Source of the DNA: an uncultured Chloroflexia bacterium
Lineage (GTDB): Bacteria; Chloroflexota; Limnocylindria; Limnocylindrales; CSP1-4
DNA: 64,000 nt
Assembly (NCBI GenBank): GCA_963821235.1
Contig: CAWGCS010000001.1
Location: 1,344,884 to 1,408,883 of the forward strand
Direction of reading: 5' to 3'
Shown here: positions 28,754 to 39,709 of the stretch, one piece after another
Layout of the letters: each line of letters begins with the position of its first letter
Numbering within the stretch: the stretch's first letter is position 1
Position numbers and translations under genes: made by a program
The notes under the pieces: model-generated
Told to the model about the DNA's origin: nothing
Database searches by the model: none
The model's input: only the letters and a program-made list of their open reading frames with translations

Positions 28754-29761
28754 TCACGCGCGACGCTGCTGCCGAATGAACAGGTAGACGACCGCCAGGA
28801 TCATCAAGCCCTGGACGACCTGCTGGATGTACACGTTGATTCCCATGAGCACCATCAGGTTCACCAGGATGCCGACGATCAGCACGCCAGCCAGGGTGTT
28901 CCAGACACCGCCCGAACCGCCGAACAGGCTCGTGCCGCCCACGACCACGGGAGCGATCGCGCCCAGCGTGAGGGCATTGCCGATGTTCGGCTGGGTCATC
29001 CCGAGTCGGTTGATCAGAAGGATGGCCGCGACGCCCGCGCACAGGCCCGCGAATGTGTACACGAACAGCTTGGCGCGGTTCGTCGGTATCCCGGATACGC
29101 GCGCGGCCCGCTCGTTCCCACCCGTCGCGTAGATGTACACGCCGTATCGCGTTCGCCGCAGGATGACCCACGTGATCACCGTCGCAAGGGCCCAGACGAC
29201 GACGATCAAGGGCAGCGGCCCGATCTTGTCAACGCCCAGGAACAGGAACCAGTGGGTCTTCTCGTAGACCGGATAGGCGTTGGAGATGACGTACGTCAGA
29301 CCCAGCGCGACCTGCATCATCCCCAGCGTGGCGATGAACGGCGGAATGCGGCCCTTGGTCACCAACAGCCCGTTCGCCAACCCACAGGCGAGGGCGACGG
29401 CGATCCCGACTGGCAGGGCCACGGCGGGGCCCTGATCCTGCAGCAGCAGGACTGCCGTTGAGCTCAGAGCGGCGATCGAACCAAGGGAGAGGTCGATCCC
29501 GGCGGTCAGGATCACGAGGGTCTGGCCGGTCGCCAGAACCCCGGCGACACTGTTCTGGGCCAGGATGTTGATGATGTTCTGCTGGTCCAGGAAGACCCCG
29601 CCGGAGAGGATCTGCGATACGACGACGAGAACGCCAACGGTAATCCAGAGGGCGTACCGTGCGCTGAAGTCACGCCACCGGACAGCGCGCTCCCTGCGCG
29701 ATTCTTCCGCCGTCTCGCCTGTCTCCAGCTCCGTCACCGGGGTCTCCGTCAGTTCCGCCAC
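28754..29761 (-). CDS. Sugar ABC transporter permease (RbsC/BPD family)
   Basis: Multiple TM segments; TAGIDLSLGSIAALSS motif. Confidence 0.85.
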   Translation of the reverse strand: MAELTETPVTELETGETAEESRRERAVRWRDFSARYALWITVGVLVVVSQILSGGVFLDQQNIINILAQNSVAGVLATGQTLVILTAGIDLSLGSIAALSSTAVLLLQDQGPAVALPVGIAVALACGLANGLLVTKGRIPPFIATLGMMQVALGLTYVISNAYPVYEKTHWFLFLGVDKIGPLPLIVVVWALATVITWVILRRTRYGVYIYATGGNERAARVSGIPTNRAKLFVYTFAGLCAGVAAILLINRLGMTQPNIGNALTLGAIAPVVVGGTSLFGGSGGVWNTLAGVLIVGILVNLMVLMGINVYIQQVVQGLMILAVVYLFIRQQRRA

Positions 29762-29851
29762 AACTGCGCCCCTCCTCCCTTCGAGGCCGACCGAGGCCGC
29801 CGTGGCGTGAGGCGGGCCGCGCCTACGGCTGCGCCTGAGAGGGGTGCGATC

Positions 29852-30829
29852 CTAGCCACGCTCCAACCTCGCGCGGTCGATCGCGGAGCGGAACATGACG
29901 GCCAGCCAGAGCACGGCGCCGATGACGCAATAGGCCCAGAAGGGGTTCGCATCGGACAGATTCAGGATGTTGCTCAGCATCGTCATGAAGATGACGCCGA
30001 TGACCGCTCCCGTGAGCTTGCCCGCACCGCCCATGATGTTGACGCCGCCGACCACGACGGCCGCGATCGTTTGGAGCTCGTAGCCGTTCCCGTACGTCGG
30101 CAACCCGACGCCGGCACGTGCGAGGAAGACCAGGCCGGCGACGGCCGCGAGGGCGCCCGAGATCGCATAGACGAGGATGACGGTGGCGCCGGTGTTGACG
30201 CCGGAGACCCGTGCCGCCTCGGCGTTTCCGCCGACCGCGTACACGTACAGGCCGGTTCTCGTCTGGCTGAGGAACAGGTAGACCACAGCAATCGCGACTG
30301 CCCACACGAGCACGGGAAAGACGCCGAAGCCCAGCGCGGCGAATCCGGAATCCGGCGGGAGGTTGACCGCATCGCCGCTCGTCAACGACAGGTCGAGGCC
30401 GCGGGCGATCGTCAACATCCCGAACGTCACGATGAAGGGCGGCAGCTTCCCCTTGACGACGACCACACCGCTGATGGCTCCGAGCCCGGTGCAGATCCCG
30501 ACGCTGGCCAGCACGGCGGGGACGCTGCCGTGCGGCATGACCAAGGCGCCGACCATCGTGGAAAGCGCCAGCAATGAGCCCACGGACAGGTCGATCCCGC
30601 CGGTGAGGATGACGAGGTACTGCCCAAGCGCCAGCACGCCGATGAACGCGGACTGCTGGATGACATTCGACAGGTTCTGTGACGTGAGGAAGAGCGGCGA
30701 CAGGAGCGAGCCGATCACCGCCAGCCCGGCGATGAGGAGCCAGGCGTTGTAGTCGACGGCGAGGCGCCGCCAGTCGACCGGCCCACCTCCCGGTGACTGG
30801 AACCGATTCACGAACCTGGAAATCATCAT
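29852..30829 (-). CDS. Sugar ABC transporter permease
   Basis: TGGIDLSVGSLLALST motif; 325 aa; adjacent to the ATPase gene. Confidence 0.85.
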   Translation of the reverse strand: MMISRFVNRFQSPGGGPVDWRRLAVDYNAWLLIAGLAVIGSLLSPLFLTSQNLSNVIQQSAFIGVLALGQYLVILTGGIDLSVGSLLALSTMVGALVMPHGSVPAVLASVGICTGLGAISGVVVVKGKLPPFIVTFGMLTIARGLDLSLTSGDAVNLPPDSGFAALGFGVFPVLVWAVAIAVVYLFLSQTRTGLYVYAVGGNAEAARVSGVNTGATVILVYAISGALAAVAGLVFLARAGVGLPTYGNGYELQTIAAVVVGGVNIMGGAGKLTGAVIGVIFMTMLSNILNLSDANPFWAYCVIGAVLWLAVMFRSAIDRARLERG

Positions 30830-32382
30830 GCCGCCCCAGCGTCATGGAGCGTCGCGAGCTGGAGCATCGGAGGAATCGCGAGCTCGAGGATCTCCTCCTG
30901 CGTCGTCTTGGCGGGATCCAGCTCGGCAGTGATGCGCCCCGCCGCCATCACCAGGATCCGGTCACTGATCGCCAGGATCTCCGGCAGCTCAGCGGAGATG
31001 AAGATCACGCCGACGCCGCGATGGGTGAGGTCCGCGATGAGTGCGTGAATGTCCCGCTTGGCCGCCACATCGATGCCGGCCGTGGGCTCGTCGAGGATGA
31101 GCACCCGGCAGTCCGTCGCCAGGCACCTCACCAGCACGACCTTCTGCTGGTTGCCGCCGCTCAGGCTGCTGACGGGATCACGGAGGTCACGCACCTTGAC
31201 GGTCATGTCGCGGCAAAGGTCGGCGACGCGCTTGTACAGGGCGCCGAAGTGGACGAAGCCGAACCTCGACATCCGCGGGAAGATGCTCAGCCCACCGTTG
31301 TCTCGCACGCTGAGGAGCGACACGAGGCCGTCTGCCCGGCGGTCTTCCGGCGCCAGGCTGAGCCCCATGTTGACGGCCTGGGCTGGGCCGCGGACATGAA
31401 CCGGCTTTCCCTGGAGGTGGATCGTGCCGGTGTCATGTGGATCGAGCCCCATGATCGTCCGCGCGAGCTCGGTGCGCCCCGCGCCGACGAGGCCCGCGAT
31501 CCCGACCACCTCGCCCGCGTGCACGGTGAAGCTCACGTCATCGAGGACGCCGCTTCGTCCCAGGCCATCGACGCGGAGCGCCTCCTCGCCGATGCTGCTC
31601 GGACCCGTTCGCCGGTGCAGCTCGCCGAGCTCTCGGCCGACCATCATCTGGATCAGCCTGGCGGTGGACATGCCGCTGACTGGTTCCGTGCCGACATGCT
31701 TGCCGTCGCGCAGGACGGTCACGCGGTCCCCGATCTGGAAGATCTCCTCCAGACGGTGCGAGATGTAGATGATCCCGAACCCCTGCTCCTTGAGGCGCTC
31801 GATCATGGAGAACAGGAGGTCGAGCTCTTTGCCGACGAGGACCGCGGAAGGCTCGTCCATGATCATGATCCGGCCGTTCAGCGAGAGCGCGCGAGCCGTC
31901 GCGGTCAGTTGTTGGAGCGAGACGCCGATGTCGCCGACGCGACTGCGCACCGGGAACGGCGCGCCGAGGCGGTCGATGAGCTGTCCCGCCTCTCGGTGCA
32001 TCCGTTTCTTGTCCAGCGTGCCGCGCCTGGTCCTCGGCTCGTGCCCCAGGAAGATGTTCTCGGCCACCGACATCTCGGGCACGAGGTTCAGGTCCTGGTA
32101 GACCACGTTGACGCCGAGGTCGCGGCGTTCCCTCAGGTTCGAGTGGGACACGTCGCGGCCTCGGATCGTGATGCGTCCAGTGTCCTGACGAACCGCGCCC
32201 GCGATGATCTTGATGAGGGTCGACTTCCCGGCACCGTTCTCGCCGACCAGGCAGTGGACTTCTCCGGCCCGGAGATCGAAGTCGACGTTGTCGAGGGCGA
32301 CCGTCCCCGCGTAGTGCTTGGTCAGGCCGGTGGCCTCGACGAGTTGCGGCTCTTCTCCCGTTGCCAGAAGGGATCCTGTCAC
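30826..32382 (-). CDS. Sugar ABC transporter ATP-binding protein with two nucleotide-binding domains
   Basis: Two Walker A motifs (GENGAGKST, GLVGAGRTE); LSGGNQQKV signature. Confidence 0.9.
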   Translation of the reverse strand: MTGSLLATGEEPQLVEATGLTKHYAGTVALDNVDFDLRAGEVHCLVGENGAGKSTLIKIIAGAVRQDTGRITIRGRDVSHSNLRERRDLGVNVVYQDLNLVPEMSVAENIFLGHEPRTRRGTLDKKRMHREAGQLIDRLGAPFPVRSRVGDIGVSLQQLTATARALSLNGRIMIMDEPSAVLVGKELDLLFSMIERLKEQGFGIIYISHRLEEIFQIGDRVTVLRDGKHVGTEPVSGMSTARLIQMMVGRELGELHRRTGPSSIGEEALRVDGLGRSGVLDDVSFTVHAGEVVGIAGLVGAGRTELARTIMGLDPHDTGTIHLQGKPVHVRGPAQAVNMGLSLAPEDRRADGLVSLLSVRDNGGLSIFPRMSRFGFVHFGALYKRVADLCRDMTVKVRDLRDPVSSLSGGNQQKVVLVRCLATDCRVLILDEPTAGIDVAAKRDIHALIADLTHRGVGVIFISAELPEILAISDRILVMAAGRITAELDPAKTTQEEILELAIPPMLQLATLHDAGAA

Positions 32383-32481
32383 CGCGTGCTGCCCACCTTC
32401 ATCACGGCACCCGCTTGCGGGCGGACCCGTGGGTCCTCCCGCAAGCGATGCCGATTGCGAGCTACAGGCTCGCGAACCCGT

Positions 32482-33531
32482 TCAGCGGGTCGCGAACTTC
32501 GCGCTGGTCGCCACCATCTCGTCGAGCATGGCCTTCACATCTGCCTTGCCCGCGTCCGTCAGGTTCTCGAAGCAGGTGAATGGCTTGTCGACCGTGGCCG
32601 GGATCGTCTCGCCGTTCAGGAGCTTGGCCACGTAGGGCATGATGATCGGGCCGAAGTACGGCGAGTTGGAGCAGACCGTCGAGAAGTTGCCGTCGACGAC
32701 CGCCTGGACGCCCGCGAGCGTGGCGTCCTTCGTGATGATCGCGCCGATGAGCTCGTCACGACCAGCGTCCTGGATCGCCTTGAGGGCACCGAGGCCCATC
32801 TCGTCGTTCTGAGCCCACACGAGCTGGATCTCGCCCTTGGGGTATCGGGTCAGGTAGTCCTCCATGATCTGGAGACCCGGAGCGCGCTCGTTCTTGCCGT
32901 CCTGGACCGCCACGACCTTGATCCCGGGGTACTTGCTGATCACGGACTCGAAGCCTTTGTCCATCCCGATCTGAGGCGACGAGCCGATCGTGCCGGCCAG
33001 CTCGACGATGCTTCCTTCTTCCTTCCCGGTCTTGGCCTTCAGCGTCGCGACCGCCGCCTTGCCGAGCTCGACGCCGACCGACTCCCAGTTGACCGTGATG
33101 AGCGTCTTGAACATGCCGGTACCTGGCGTCCCGCCGATCGCGCGGTCAGCGACGATCATGGGAATGCCGGCGGCATCGGCGAAGCCTGCGATCGGCGTGG
33201 CGGCCTGCTGCTCGGCCGGCTCCACGATGAGGACGGCGGGCTTCCGCGTCAGCAGGTCCTGGACCTGGGCGTTCTGCGCCAGCTGGTCACCGGCGGCCTG
33301 CTGCCAGATCATGTTGTAGCCGGCGGCCCTGCCGGTGTCCATGATGCTGTTGGTGTTCTCGGTCCGCCACTGATTCTCCATTCCTTCCTGTGAGAAGGCG
33401 ATCAGTGGCCCGGAGCCGGCGGGGGATGCGCTCTCGGCGGCGGCGCTCGGGGCCGTCGTGGCCCCGGACGAGCACGCACCGACGGCGAGCGCCGTGAGCG
33501 CGAGAATCGAGATCAGCCTCTTGCCTTGCAA
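32482..33531 (-). CDS. Sugar ABC transporter substrate-binding lipoprotein
   Basis: TTG start preceded by GAGGAGGA, giving MQGKRLISILALTALAVGACSSG (lipobox). The track's GTG start at 33567 lacks a Shine-Dalgarno. Confidence 0.8.
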   Translation of the reverse strand: MQGKRLISILALTALAVGACSSGATTAPSAAAESASPAGSGPLIAFSQEGMENQWRTENTNSIMDTGRAAGYNMIWQQAAGDQLAQNAQVQDLLTRKPAVLIVEPAEQQAATPIAGFADAAGIPMIVADRAIGGTPGTGMFKTLITVNWESVGVELGKAAVATLKAKTGKEEGSIVELAGTIGSSPQIGMDKGFESVISKYPGIKVVAVQDGKNERAPGLQIMEDYLTRYPKGEIQLVWAQNDEMGLGALKAIQDAGRDELIGAIITKDATLAGVQAVVDGNFSTVCSNSPYFGPIIMPYVAKLLNGETIPATVDKPFTCFENLTDAGKADVKAMLDEMVATSAKFATR

Positions 33532-33810
33532 AGCACGATCCTCCTCCGGCGCGCGGCACGTGACCACGTCAGCCGGGCATCTCGAGATTCGCCGGAGCTC
33601 GCCTTCGTGAGCCGGCGGGGCAGGGAGGCCGAGCCTCCGCGTGTGGTCCCCTGGCTACCTCCTTGGCCGTCGACCTGGCCTTGCCGACCTTCCTCCGTCG
33701 CCCGGGCCGGAAGTCGTCCACTCCCTCGGCCCGGTCCCACTGCACTTCAGCGGGGGTTCTGCCAACGATCCGGGCTTGGCAAGCAACGGAGGACGCGAAA
33801 GCGTTACCGG

Positions 33811-33829
33811 TTATCGATAAGGCTTATCG
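33811..33829. promoter_or_regulatory. Candidate LacI-family operator in the divergent SBP/LacI intergenic region
   Basis: Perfect 10-bp palindrome TTATCGATAA with a central CG, followed by the near-palindrome CGATAAGGCTTATCG. Confidence 0.35.
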
Positions 33830-34046
33830 TTGCCGCTTGACGATGAGCGCCCGGATGATAGACTCCCCGTCGAGCGCGCGTCAAGAGGATTCGGAGGCGC
33901 GGGCGGGGCTAGTCGAAAGGGCAGGCATCACTCGACGGTCCGCGTGATCCGCCAGGCGGCGTCAGCATCAGCGCGTTGATAGGAGGCCGACACTGAGCAC
34001 GCTCGAACGGACGCCACCCCGGCGTTCCTCCGTCACGCTTCGGGAC

Positions 34047-35054
34047 GTGGCGCGAGCGTCGGGTGTCTCGATCACGACGGTGTCGCGCATCGTGAATGGC
34101 CGCGAGACGGGCGTCCCGATCCGGGACGAGACGAGGGAGCGCATCCTTTCGATCGCCGCCTCGTTGGGCTACAAGCCGAATCTCCTGGCCCGGGGACTGC
34201 GGGGCAGTCGGAGCTCGCTCCTGGGCGTGATCGCCCGCGACATCTCCGACCCCTTCCATCTCCAGGTGCTGCGAGGCATCAACGCTGCCGCCACCTCGCG
34301 CGACTACCGGGTGTTCCTTGGCCACGTTGACTACCGGCCCGACGTGGCGTTGACGTACGGATCGATGTTCGAGCGATCGCACGCCGATGGCATCCTCATG
34401 ATCGGCGACATCGAGGGGGGCGAGCCGTCGCTCGACGCGTATGCGGAGCAGCACCGCAACATCGTCGGGGTCACGGACCGCACATCTCGACGCCACTTTC
34501 CCGGTGTCTACAGCGACGACGTGGTCGGGACCCGGTTGGCGCTTGACCACCTCCGGGCGCTCGGCCACCGCCGGATCATCTGCGCGTCCAACGAGCGGAC
34601 CGCCGACGGGCGCCTCCGGATCAAGCTGTACGAGGAGTTCATGCGCGCCCAGGGCCTGGCTGACCAGATCGAGGTGCACGTCACCGATCAGAACGTGGCC
34701 TCGAGCCTCGAAGAGGGCCGCCGCATCGTCAGCGCGTTCGGACGTGGCATCCCGCCCACCGCGATCTACGCGACGTCCGACCAGATCGCGATCGGGCTGG
34801 TGCAGGCAGCCTTCCAGGCAGGCATCGCCGTCCCGCAGCGACTGTCGATCGTCGGCTTCGATGACATCGACTTCGCTTCGTTTGCGGTCCCCCCACTCAC
34901 GACCGTCAGCCAGTCGGGCGTCGAGATGGGCCGGATCGCGACCGAGATGCTCCTCGACATGATCGAGCAGGGACGCGATCGCGACGAGGTCGACGACGTG
35001 GTGCTGGAGCCTCGCCTCATCGTTCGCCAGTCGACTGCCCCCCCGCCGGACTGA
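34047..35054 (+). CDS. LacI family transcriptional regulator
   Basis: HTH VTLRDVARASGVSITTVSRIVNG plus a periplasmic-binding-like sugar-binding domain. Confidence 0.85.
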   Translation: MARASGVSITTVSRIVNGRETGVPIRDETRERILSIAASLGYKPNLLARGLRGSRSSLLGVIARDISDPFHLQVLRGINAAATSRDYRVFLGHVDYRPDVALTYGSMFERSHADGILMIGDIEGGEPSLDAYAEQHRNIVGVTDRTSRRHFPGVYSDDVVGTRLALDHLRALGHRRIICASNERTADGRLRIKLYEEFMRAQGLADQIEVHVTDQNVASSLEEGRRIVSAFGRGIPPTAIYATSDQIAIGLVQAAFQAGIAVPQRLSIVGFDDIDFASFAVPPLTTVSQSGVEMGRIATEMLLDMIEQGRDRDEVDDVVLEPRLIVRQSTAPPPD

Positions 35055-35225
35055 TCGCAGGATGGCTCACAGCGGTTGACCGACCCGCGCAATCGCCCAT
35101 CGGTTTCGCCCACGCGGTTGTCTGCTCCACCCCCGTCCACCCCGACTCCTCCGGGTGGACGGGGGTCCTGCCCCTTCGCTGGTCTCAGCCGCCACCGAGG
35201 TCAGCAGCTGGGGTGGCGACGCCCC

Positions 35226-36278
35226 TCAGGCCTCGCTTGAGGCCTTCCAGAGGTTGATGCCGCCCTCTACCGCGTAGCGGTCGATCTCGGCCAGCTCCTC
35301 GGAGTCGAAGTCCAGCCAATGGACGGCGCCGAGGTTCTCCTCTAGCTGAGCCACCGTCCGGGCCCCGACCAGGGCCGACGTGACCACCGGGTTCCGGAGC
35401 GTCCAGGCGATCGCCATCTGGGCGAGGGTCTGTCCGCGGCGCGCCGCGATCGCGGCGAGCGCGCCCACGCGACCAAGGTTCTCCTCGCTCGCCAAGGATC
35501 GCGCGAAGGAGCCCTCGCGCGCGGCCCGGGAATCGGCGGGCACGCCGCCCAGGTAGCGCTCGGTCAGGAGGCCCTGGGCCAGCGGGGAGAAGGCGATCGT
35601 GCCGACACCCTCCTCGGCCAGGACGTCGAGCAGCTCCGCTTCCACCCAGCGGTTCAGCATCGAGTACGACGGCTGGTGGATGAGGAGCGGCGTGCCCAGC
35701 CGGCGCAGGATCGCGATCGCCTCGCGGGTGCGGGTCGCGGAGTACGACGAGACGCCGGCGTAGAGCGCCTTGCCCCGGCGGACCGCGGTGTCGAGGGCGC
35801 CCATCGTCTCCTCGAGCGGGGTGTCAGGGTCGAAGCGGTGCGAGTAGAAGATGTCGACGTGGTCGAGGCCCATCCGGCCCAGGCTCTGGTCCAGGCTGGC
35901 CAGCAGGTTCTTGCGGGAGCCCCACTCGCCGTACGGCCCGGGCCACATGAGGTAGCCGGCCTTCGTGGAGACGACCAGCTCGTCGCGGTACGGCCGGAGG
36001 TCCTTGGCGAAGATCCGCCCGAAGCTCTCCTCGCCCGCGCCGAATGGCGGCCCGTAGTTGTTGGCCAGGTCGAAGCTGGTGACGCCGAGGTCGAAGGCCC
36101 GCCGGACGATCGCCCGCTGGGTGGCGAACGGGCTCTCGTCGCCGAAGTTCTGCCACAGGCCCAGGGAGACCGCCGGCAGCTGCAGGCCGCTCCGGCCGCA
36201 GCGGCGGTAGGGCATTCCCTCGTAGCGGTCGGCGTCGGGGACGTAGGGCGGCTGGCCCATCACGGGATCGATCGGCAT
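35226..36278 (-). CDS. Aldo/keto reductase (YghZ/L-glyceraldehyde 3-phosphate reductase-like)
   Basis: RCGRSGLQLPAVSLGLWQNFG and FDLANNYGPPFGAGEESFG. Confidence 0.85.
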   Translation of the reverse strand: MPIDPVMGQPPYVPDADRYEGMPYRRCGRSGLQLPAVSLGLWQNFGDESPFATQRAIVRRAFDLGVTSFDLANNYGPPFGAGEESFGRIFAKDLRPYRDELVVSTKAGYLMWPGPYGEWGSRKNLLASLDQSLGRMGLDHVDIFYSHRFDPDTPLEETMGALDTAVRRGKALYAGVSSYSATRTREAIAILRRLGTPLLIHQPSYSMLNRWVEAELLDVLAEEGVGTIAFSPLAQGLLTERYLGGVPADSRAAREGSFARSLASEENLGRVGALAAIAARRGQTLAQMAIAWTLRNPVVTSALVGARTVAQLEENLGAVHWLDFDSEELAEIDRYAVEGGINLWKASSEA

Positions 36279-36394
36279 CGGGTCTCCTACACGTCGGCGG
36301 GCTCGACGCGGCCGGCGTCATCTTCGCGTCGGGCATACGCTAGCGGACGGAGGCCACGCCGGGAGCGGATGCCAGCCATCGCCGGCGGGGAGAC

Positions 36395-36754
36395 GTGGCG
36401 GTGAAGGCGCGCTTCGTCGGGTTCGGAGTCGTCGAGATCGACGGCCGGCGCTACGAGCGCGACGTGGTCGTCGAGCGGGGGCAGGTCGGCAAGCGCCACA
36501 AGAAGGCGTCGCAGCCACGGCGCGACCGATACGGCCACACGCCCTTGAGCCTCCTGGAGCCGATCCCGTGGCGGTGCCGGCGGCTCATCGTGGGGACCGG
36601 GGCGGACGGCGCGCTCCCGATCGAGGACGAGGTCGTCGCGGAGGCGGCCCGGCGGGGCGTCGAGCTGGTCGCCCTGCCGATCGACGAGGCCTGCGACCTC
36701 CTGTCGGCCGCCGACCCCGACGAGACGGCGGCGATCCTGCACGTCACCTGCTGA
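36395..36754 (+). CDS. Mth938-like domain protein
   Basis: RRLIVGTGADGALPIEDEVVAEAARRGVELVALPIDEACDLL pattern. 119 aa. Confidence 0.5.
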   Translation: MAVKARFVGFGVVEIDGRRYERDVVVERGQVGKRHKKASQPRRDRYGHTPLSLLEPIPWRCRRLIVGTGADGALPIEDEVVAEAARRGVELVALPIDEACDLLSAADPDETAAILHVTC

Positions 36755-36827
36755 CGGCCGGGCACGGGCCGGCGCGGCCGGGCGAGCTCCGGGCGCGGGT
36801 CATCGGGCGCCTTGCGCGCCCCCGCCG

Positions 36828-39356
36828 TCAGGGCACGATGTACTTGAAGCCCGCCGTCCAGCCCGACGCGCCGTTGGTGCTCGTCGCCTGGGCTCGCGAG
36901 CGCACCCACCAGCGGCCGCGCGGCAGGGTCAGGCTGACCCGGGCTCGCCCGCTGACCGGATCCGCGTTGGCGTAGACCGTGCGGCTGCGGACCCACGAGG
37001 TCCCGACCCGCTTATAGACGTCGAAGCGGGCCTTGCCGCGCGCCACGTCGGAGCCGACCGGCCGGATCGTCTCCGTGAAGGTGATCTTCGTCGTCGGCTT
37101 GATCGTCCTGCCGGACGGGATCGACGAGGCGAGCACGGCGGTGGCGTTGACCCGCAGGAGGACCGTCGGGCTGACGTCGATCGTCCCGCTGGCGCGCTCG
37201 ATGCGGGCTCGCCACGAGGTGTTGCGGCGGGCGGTTGCCGTGAAGCGCCCTGTGCCGGTCCCGTCGAGGGCGACCCGGCTGGCCAGGGTCCAGAGCTGCC
37301 CGTCGGTCGACCATTCGACCATCGCCGTCTGGCCGACTTCGTCGGGCGGCGGCCCGGTGATCACGCCGCCGGTCGAGCGCCCGAGGGTGATCGTCGTCTC
37401 CGAGAGGGTCAGGCGGATCGCGGGCGCGGCGCCGGCCGGTGCCACCGTGAAGGGCGCCGAGGTCGCCGGCGTGAGGCCCGGCGCGTCGGCCCGGAGGGTG
37501 TAGCCGGCCCCGGCGAGATCGACGGAGCAGCCGCTGAAGGACGCGATGCCCTTCACCGCCACGCGCTCGGTGCCGTCCTGGCAGGTCAGCATCGCCCCGG
37601 TCGGGTTGGCGGCCAGCCCGAGGCTCACGGCCAGCGTGGCGCCCGGCCCGGTGCCGGTGACGCGGCCCTCGGCGTCGACGATGGCCACGGTGGGCTGGCC
37701 CAGCAGGGGACCCCCGGCCGCGCCGGACGCCGGCGGCGCCACGAACGACGTCGTCGTCGGCGCCCCCGCCGGGGTGGGACCCAAGGCGAGGCGGCCGTAG
37801 CCGTAGGTGTTGTTGGGGACCGGAGAGCCGATGGGGACGGCGCCCTGCTTGAGGAGCGTCGCCAGCGAGACCGGGGTCAGCGACGGATCGGCCTCCAGCA
37901 GGAGGGCGGCCGCGCCCGTGACGAACGGCGCGGACTGGCTGGTGCCACAGAACTCGGCGTCGACCGTCGTGGGCGCGCAATCGGCGGCGACGAGGTCCGG
38001 CTTGATCCGGCCGTCGAGGGTGGGCCCCTGCGAGCTGTATCGCTCGATGGCGGTCGGCTTGTCGTACGGGACGGCGCCCACGGCGACCATCCCGGGGTTT
38101 CGCGAGTCGGCGGGACTGGGGAGGGAGCCGGCGACCGTGTGGTGGGCCAGGGTCGCCGCGCCGGGCGCCCACATGAGCACCTTCAGCAGCGAGGCGGCGG
38201 GGCCGCTGTCGTGCCAGACCGACAGGTCGTAGGTGCCTCCGGCGGGGGACTCGAACGAGAAGTACTCGTACGGGTCGTCGGTCGACGCCTGGGAGTCGTG
38301 CGAGGATGCGACGACGGTGTCGCCGTCCCGCAGGCTCAGGTCGTAGTCGGAGGTGGCGCTGGCCCAGCGGGCCGCGACGGTGATCACCTCGCCCGCCTCC
38401 ATCGTGATCTGGTCGTTCTCGTCCGCGCCGGCGAATTCGACCCACCCGTTGGCGTCGGCGTCGCTGGGGGTCCCGGTCCAGGTGGTCTGCCCGGAGTTCC
38501 CGACCGAGGCGACGAAGAGGGCCCCGCCGGACACCGCGCTGTCGAGGAGCGCGTAGTCCGAGTTGTAGTAGGGGCTGGTCCCGTCGCCCATGCCGTCCAT
38601 GAGGTAGCTGGACACCCTGGAGTAGTTGATGACCCGCACGCCGTTGGCGGTCATCCAGGAGATCGCGGCGGCGAGGTCGGCCGGTGACCTAGCTTGTGAG
38701 ATGTAGAGCTGCGCGCCGGGCGCCATGTCGACGATCGTCTCGGCGACGGCGGTGCCGTGGGTCTCGCCGGACGACACGCAATCGGCCGGGTCCGGGGACG
38801 ACACCCCGATCTCCGGGAAGCACATCGCCTGGACCGTCGCGGGGAGCTCGGAGCCGAGGCGTGCGGTGAGCCCGTCGAAGGAGACGTCGAGGATCCCCAC
38901 CTTGACGCCCGCACCCGTGTAGCCTGCCTGCTGCCAGGGCGTCGCCCCGTGGAGGGCTGGGCCGGGCCCGACGAAGGCATCGGCGACGGGAGCGCGGATG
39001 GCCCGCACCGCGACGACGCCGGGGGTGGCGGCGAGCTGCTCGAGGCGGCTCGGCCGGACGTACCCCTCCACGGTGCGTCGCCACGCGCCGCGCGGATCGA
39101 GGCCGGCGGAGCGGAGGCGCTCGCGCGTCGCGGGGCCGGGATCCGCGGCGAGCTCCACCGCGACGGCGACCTCCCGCAGGCCGGCGTGGACGCGGGTGAC
39201 GACCGAGGGATCGGGTGCGCGGCCCTTCGCCACTGCACTCAGGCCCGCTCCGAACGCGCCCCGATGGGGGCCGCCGGCCAGGGCGTCGGACGGCGCAGCG
39301 ACGGCCGCGAGGCAGAGGAGCGCGATCCAGAGGAGCGAGCGACGCCGACCACCCAT
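36828..39356 (-). CDS. S8 family (subtilisin-like) serine peptidase with long C-terminal extension
   Basis: Start MGGRRRSLLWIALLCLAAVAAPSDALA (signal peptide) after a GGGGGAGG Shine-Dalgarno. Catalytic motifs include GILDVSFDG, SSGETHGTAVAETIVD and GTSQSAPFVTGAAALL. Confidence 0.85.
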   Translation of the reverse strand: MGGRRRSLLWIALLCLAAVAAPSDALAGGPHRGAFGAGLSAVAKGRAPDPSVVTRVHAGLREVAVAVELAADPGPATRERLRSAGLDPRGAWRRTVEGYVRPSRLEQLAATPGVVAVRAIRAPVADAFVGPGPALHGATPWQQAGYTGAGVKVGILDVSFDGLTARLGSELPATVQAMCFPEIGVSSPDPADCVSSGETHGTAVAETIVDMAPGAQLYISQARSPADLAAAISWMTANGVRVINYSRVSSYLMDGMGDGTSPYYNSDYALLDSAVSGGALFVASVGNSGQTTWTGTPSDADANGWVEFAGADENDQITMEAGEVITVAARWASATSDYDLSLRDGDTVVASSHDSQASTDDPYEYFSFESPAGGTYDLSVWHDSGPAASLLKVLMWAPGAATLAHHTVAGSLPSPADSRNPGMVAVGAVPYDKPTAIERYSSQGPTLDGRIKPDLVAADCAPTTVDAEFCGTSQSAPFVTGAAALLLEADPSLTPVSLATLLKQGAVPIGSPVPNNTYGYGRLALGPTPAGAPTTTSFVAPPASGAAGGPLLGQPTVAIVDAEGRVTGTGPGATLAVSLGLAANPTGAMLTCQDGTERVAVKGIASFSGCSVDLAGAGYTLRADAPGLTPATSAPFTVAPAGAAPAIRLTLSETTITLGRSTGGVITGPPPDEVGQTAMVEWSTDGQLWTLASRVALDGTGTGRFTATARRNTSWRARIERASGTIDVSPTVLLRVNATAVLASSIPSGRTIKPTTKITFTETIRPVGSDVARGKARFDVYKRVGTSWVRSRTVYANADPVSGRARVSLTLPRGRWWVRSRAQATSTNGASGWTAGFKYIVP

Positions 39357-39709
39357 GTGCGTGCCTCCCCCGCGGGGACGCCGGGCGGCGTCCGCAGCGC
39401 GTCCACTGTACCCGTCATCGGTCCCGACGGCGACCGCTGGCGAGCCCCGCCGGTGTCCTCGGTCACCGTGCCGCGGCGACCCGACGGGAATCGAAACGGG
39501 CCCGGCCGCCCGAGGAAGGGAGAGCGGCGCGAGCCCGGTTTCGTGTCGGCGACCGGGAGGAGGACGGTCGTCCGGCGGTGGAGCCTCGGAGGAGGGAGCC
39601 GAGGTCCTTGATCTGGATTCCAGCGCTTTCGGCTGAACCAATCCTGAAACGGCGGACGGTTCCCGGGCGAGCTCGACGGTTCGAGGAGTCGGCGCCCCGC
39701 GCGGCCGGC

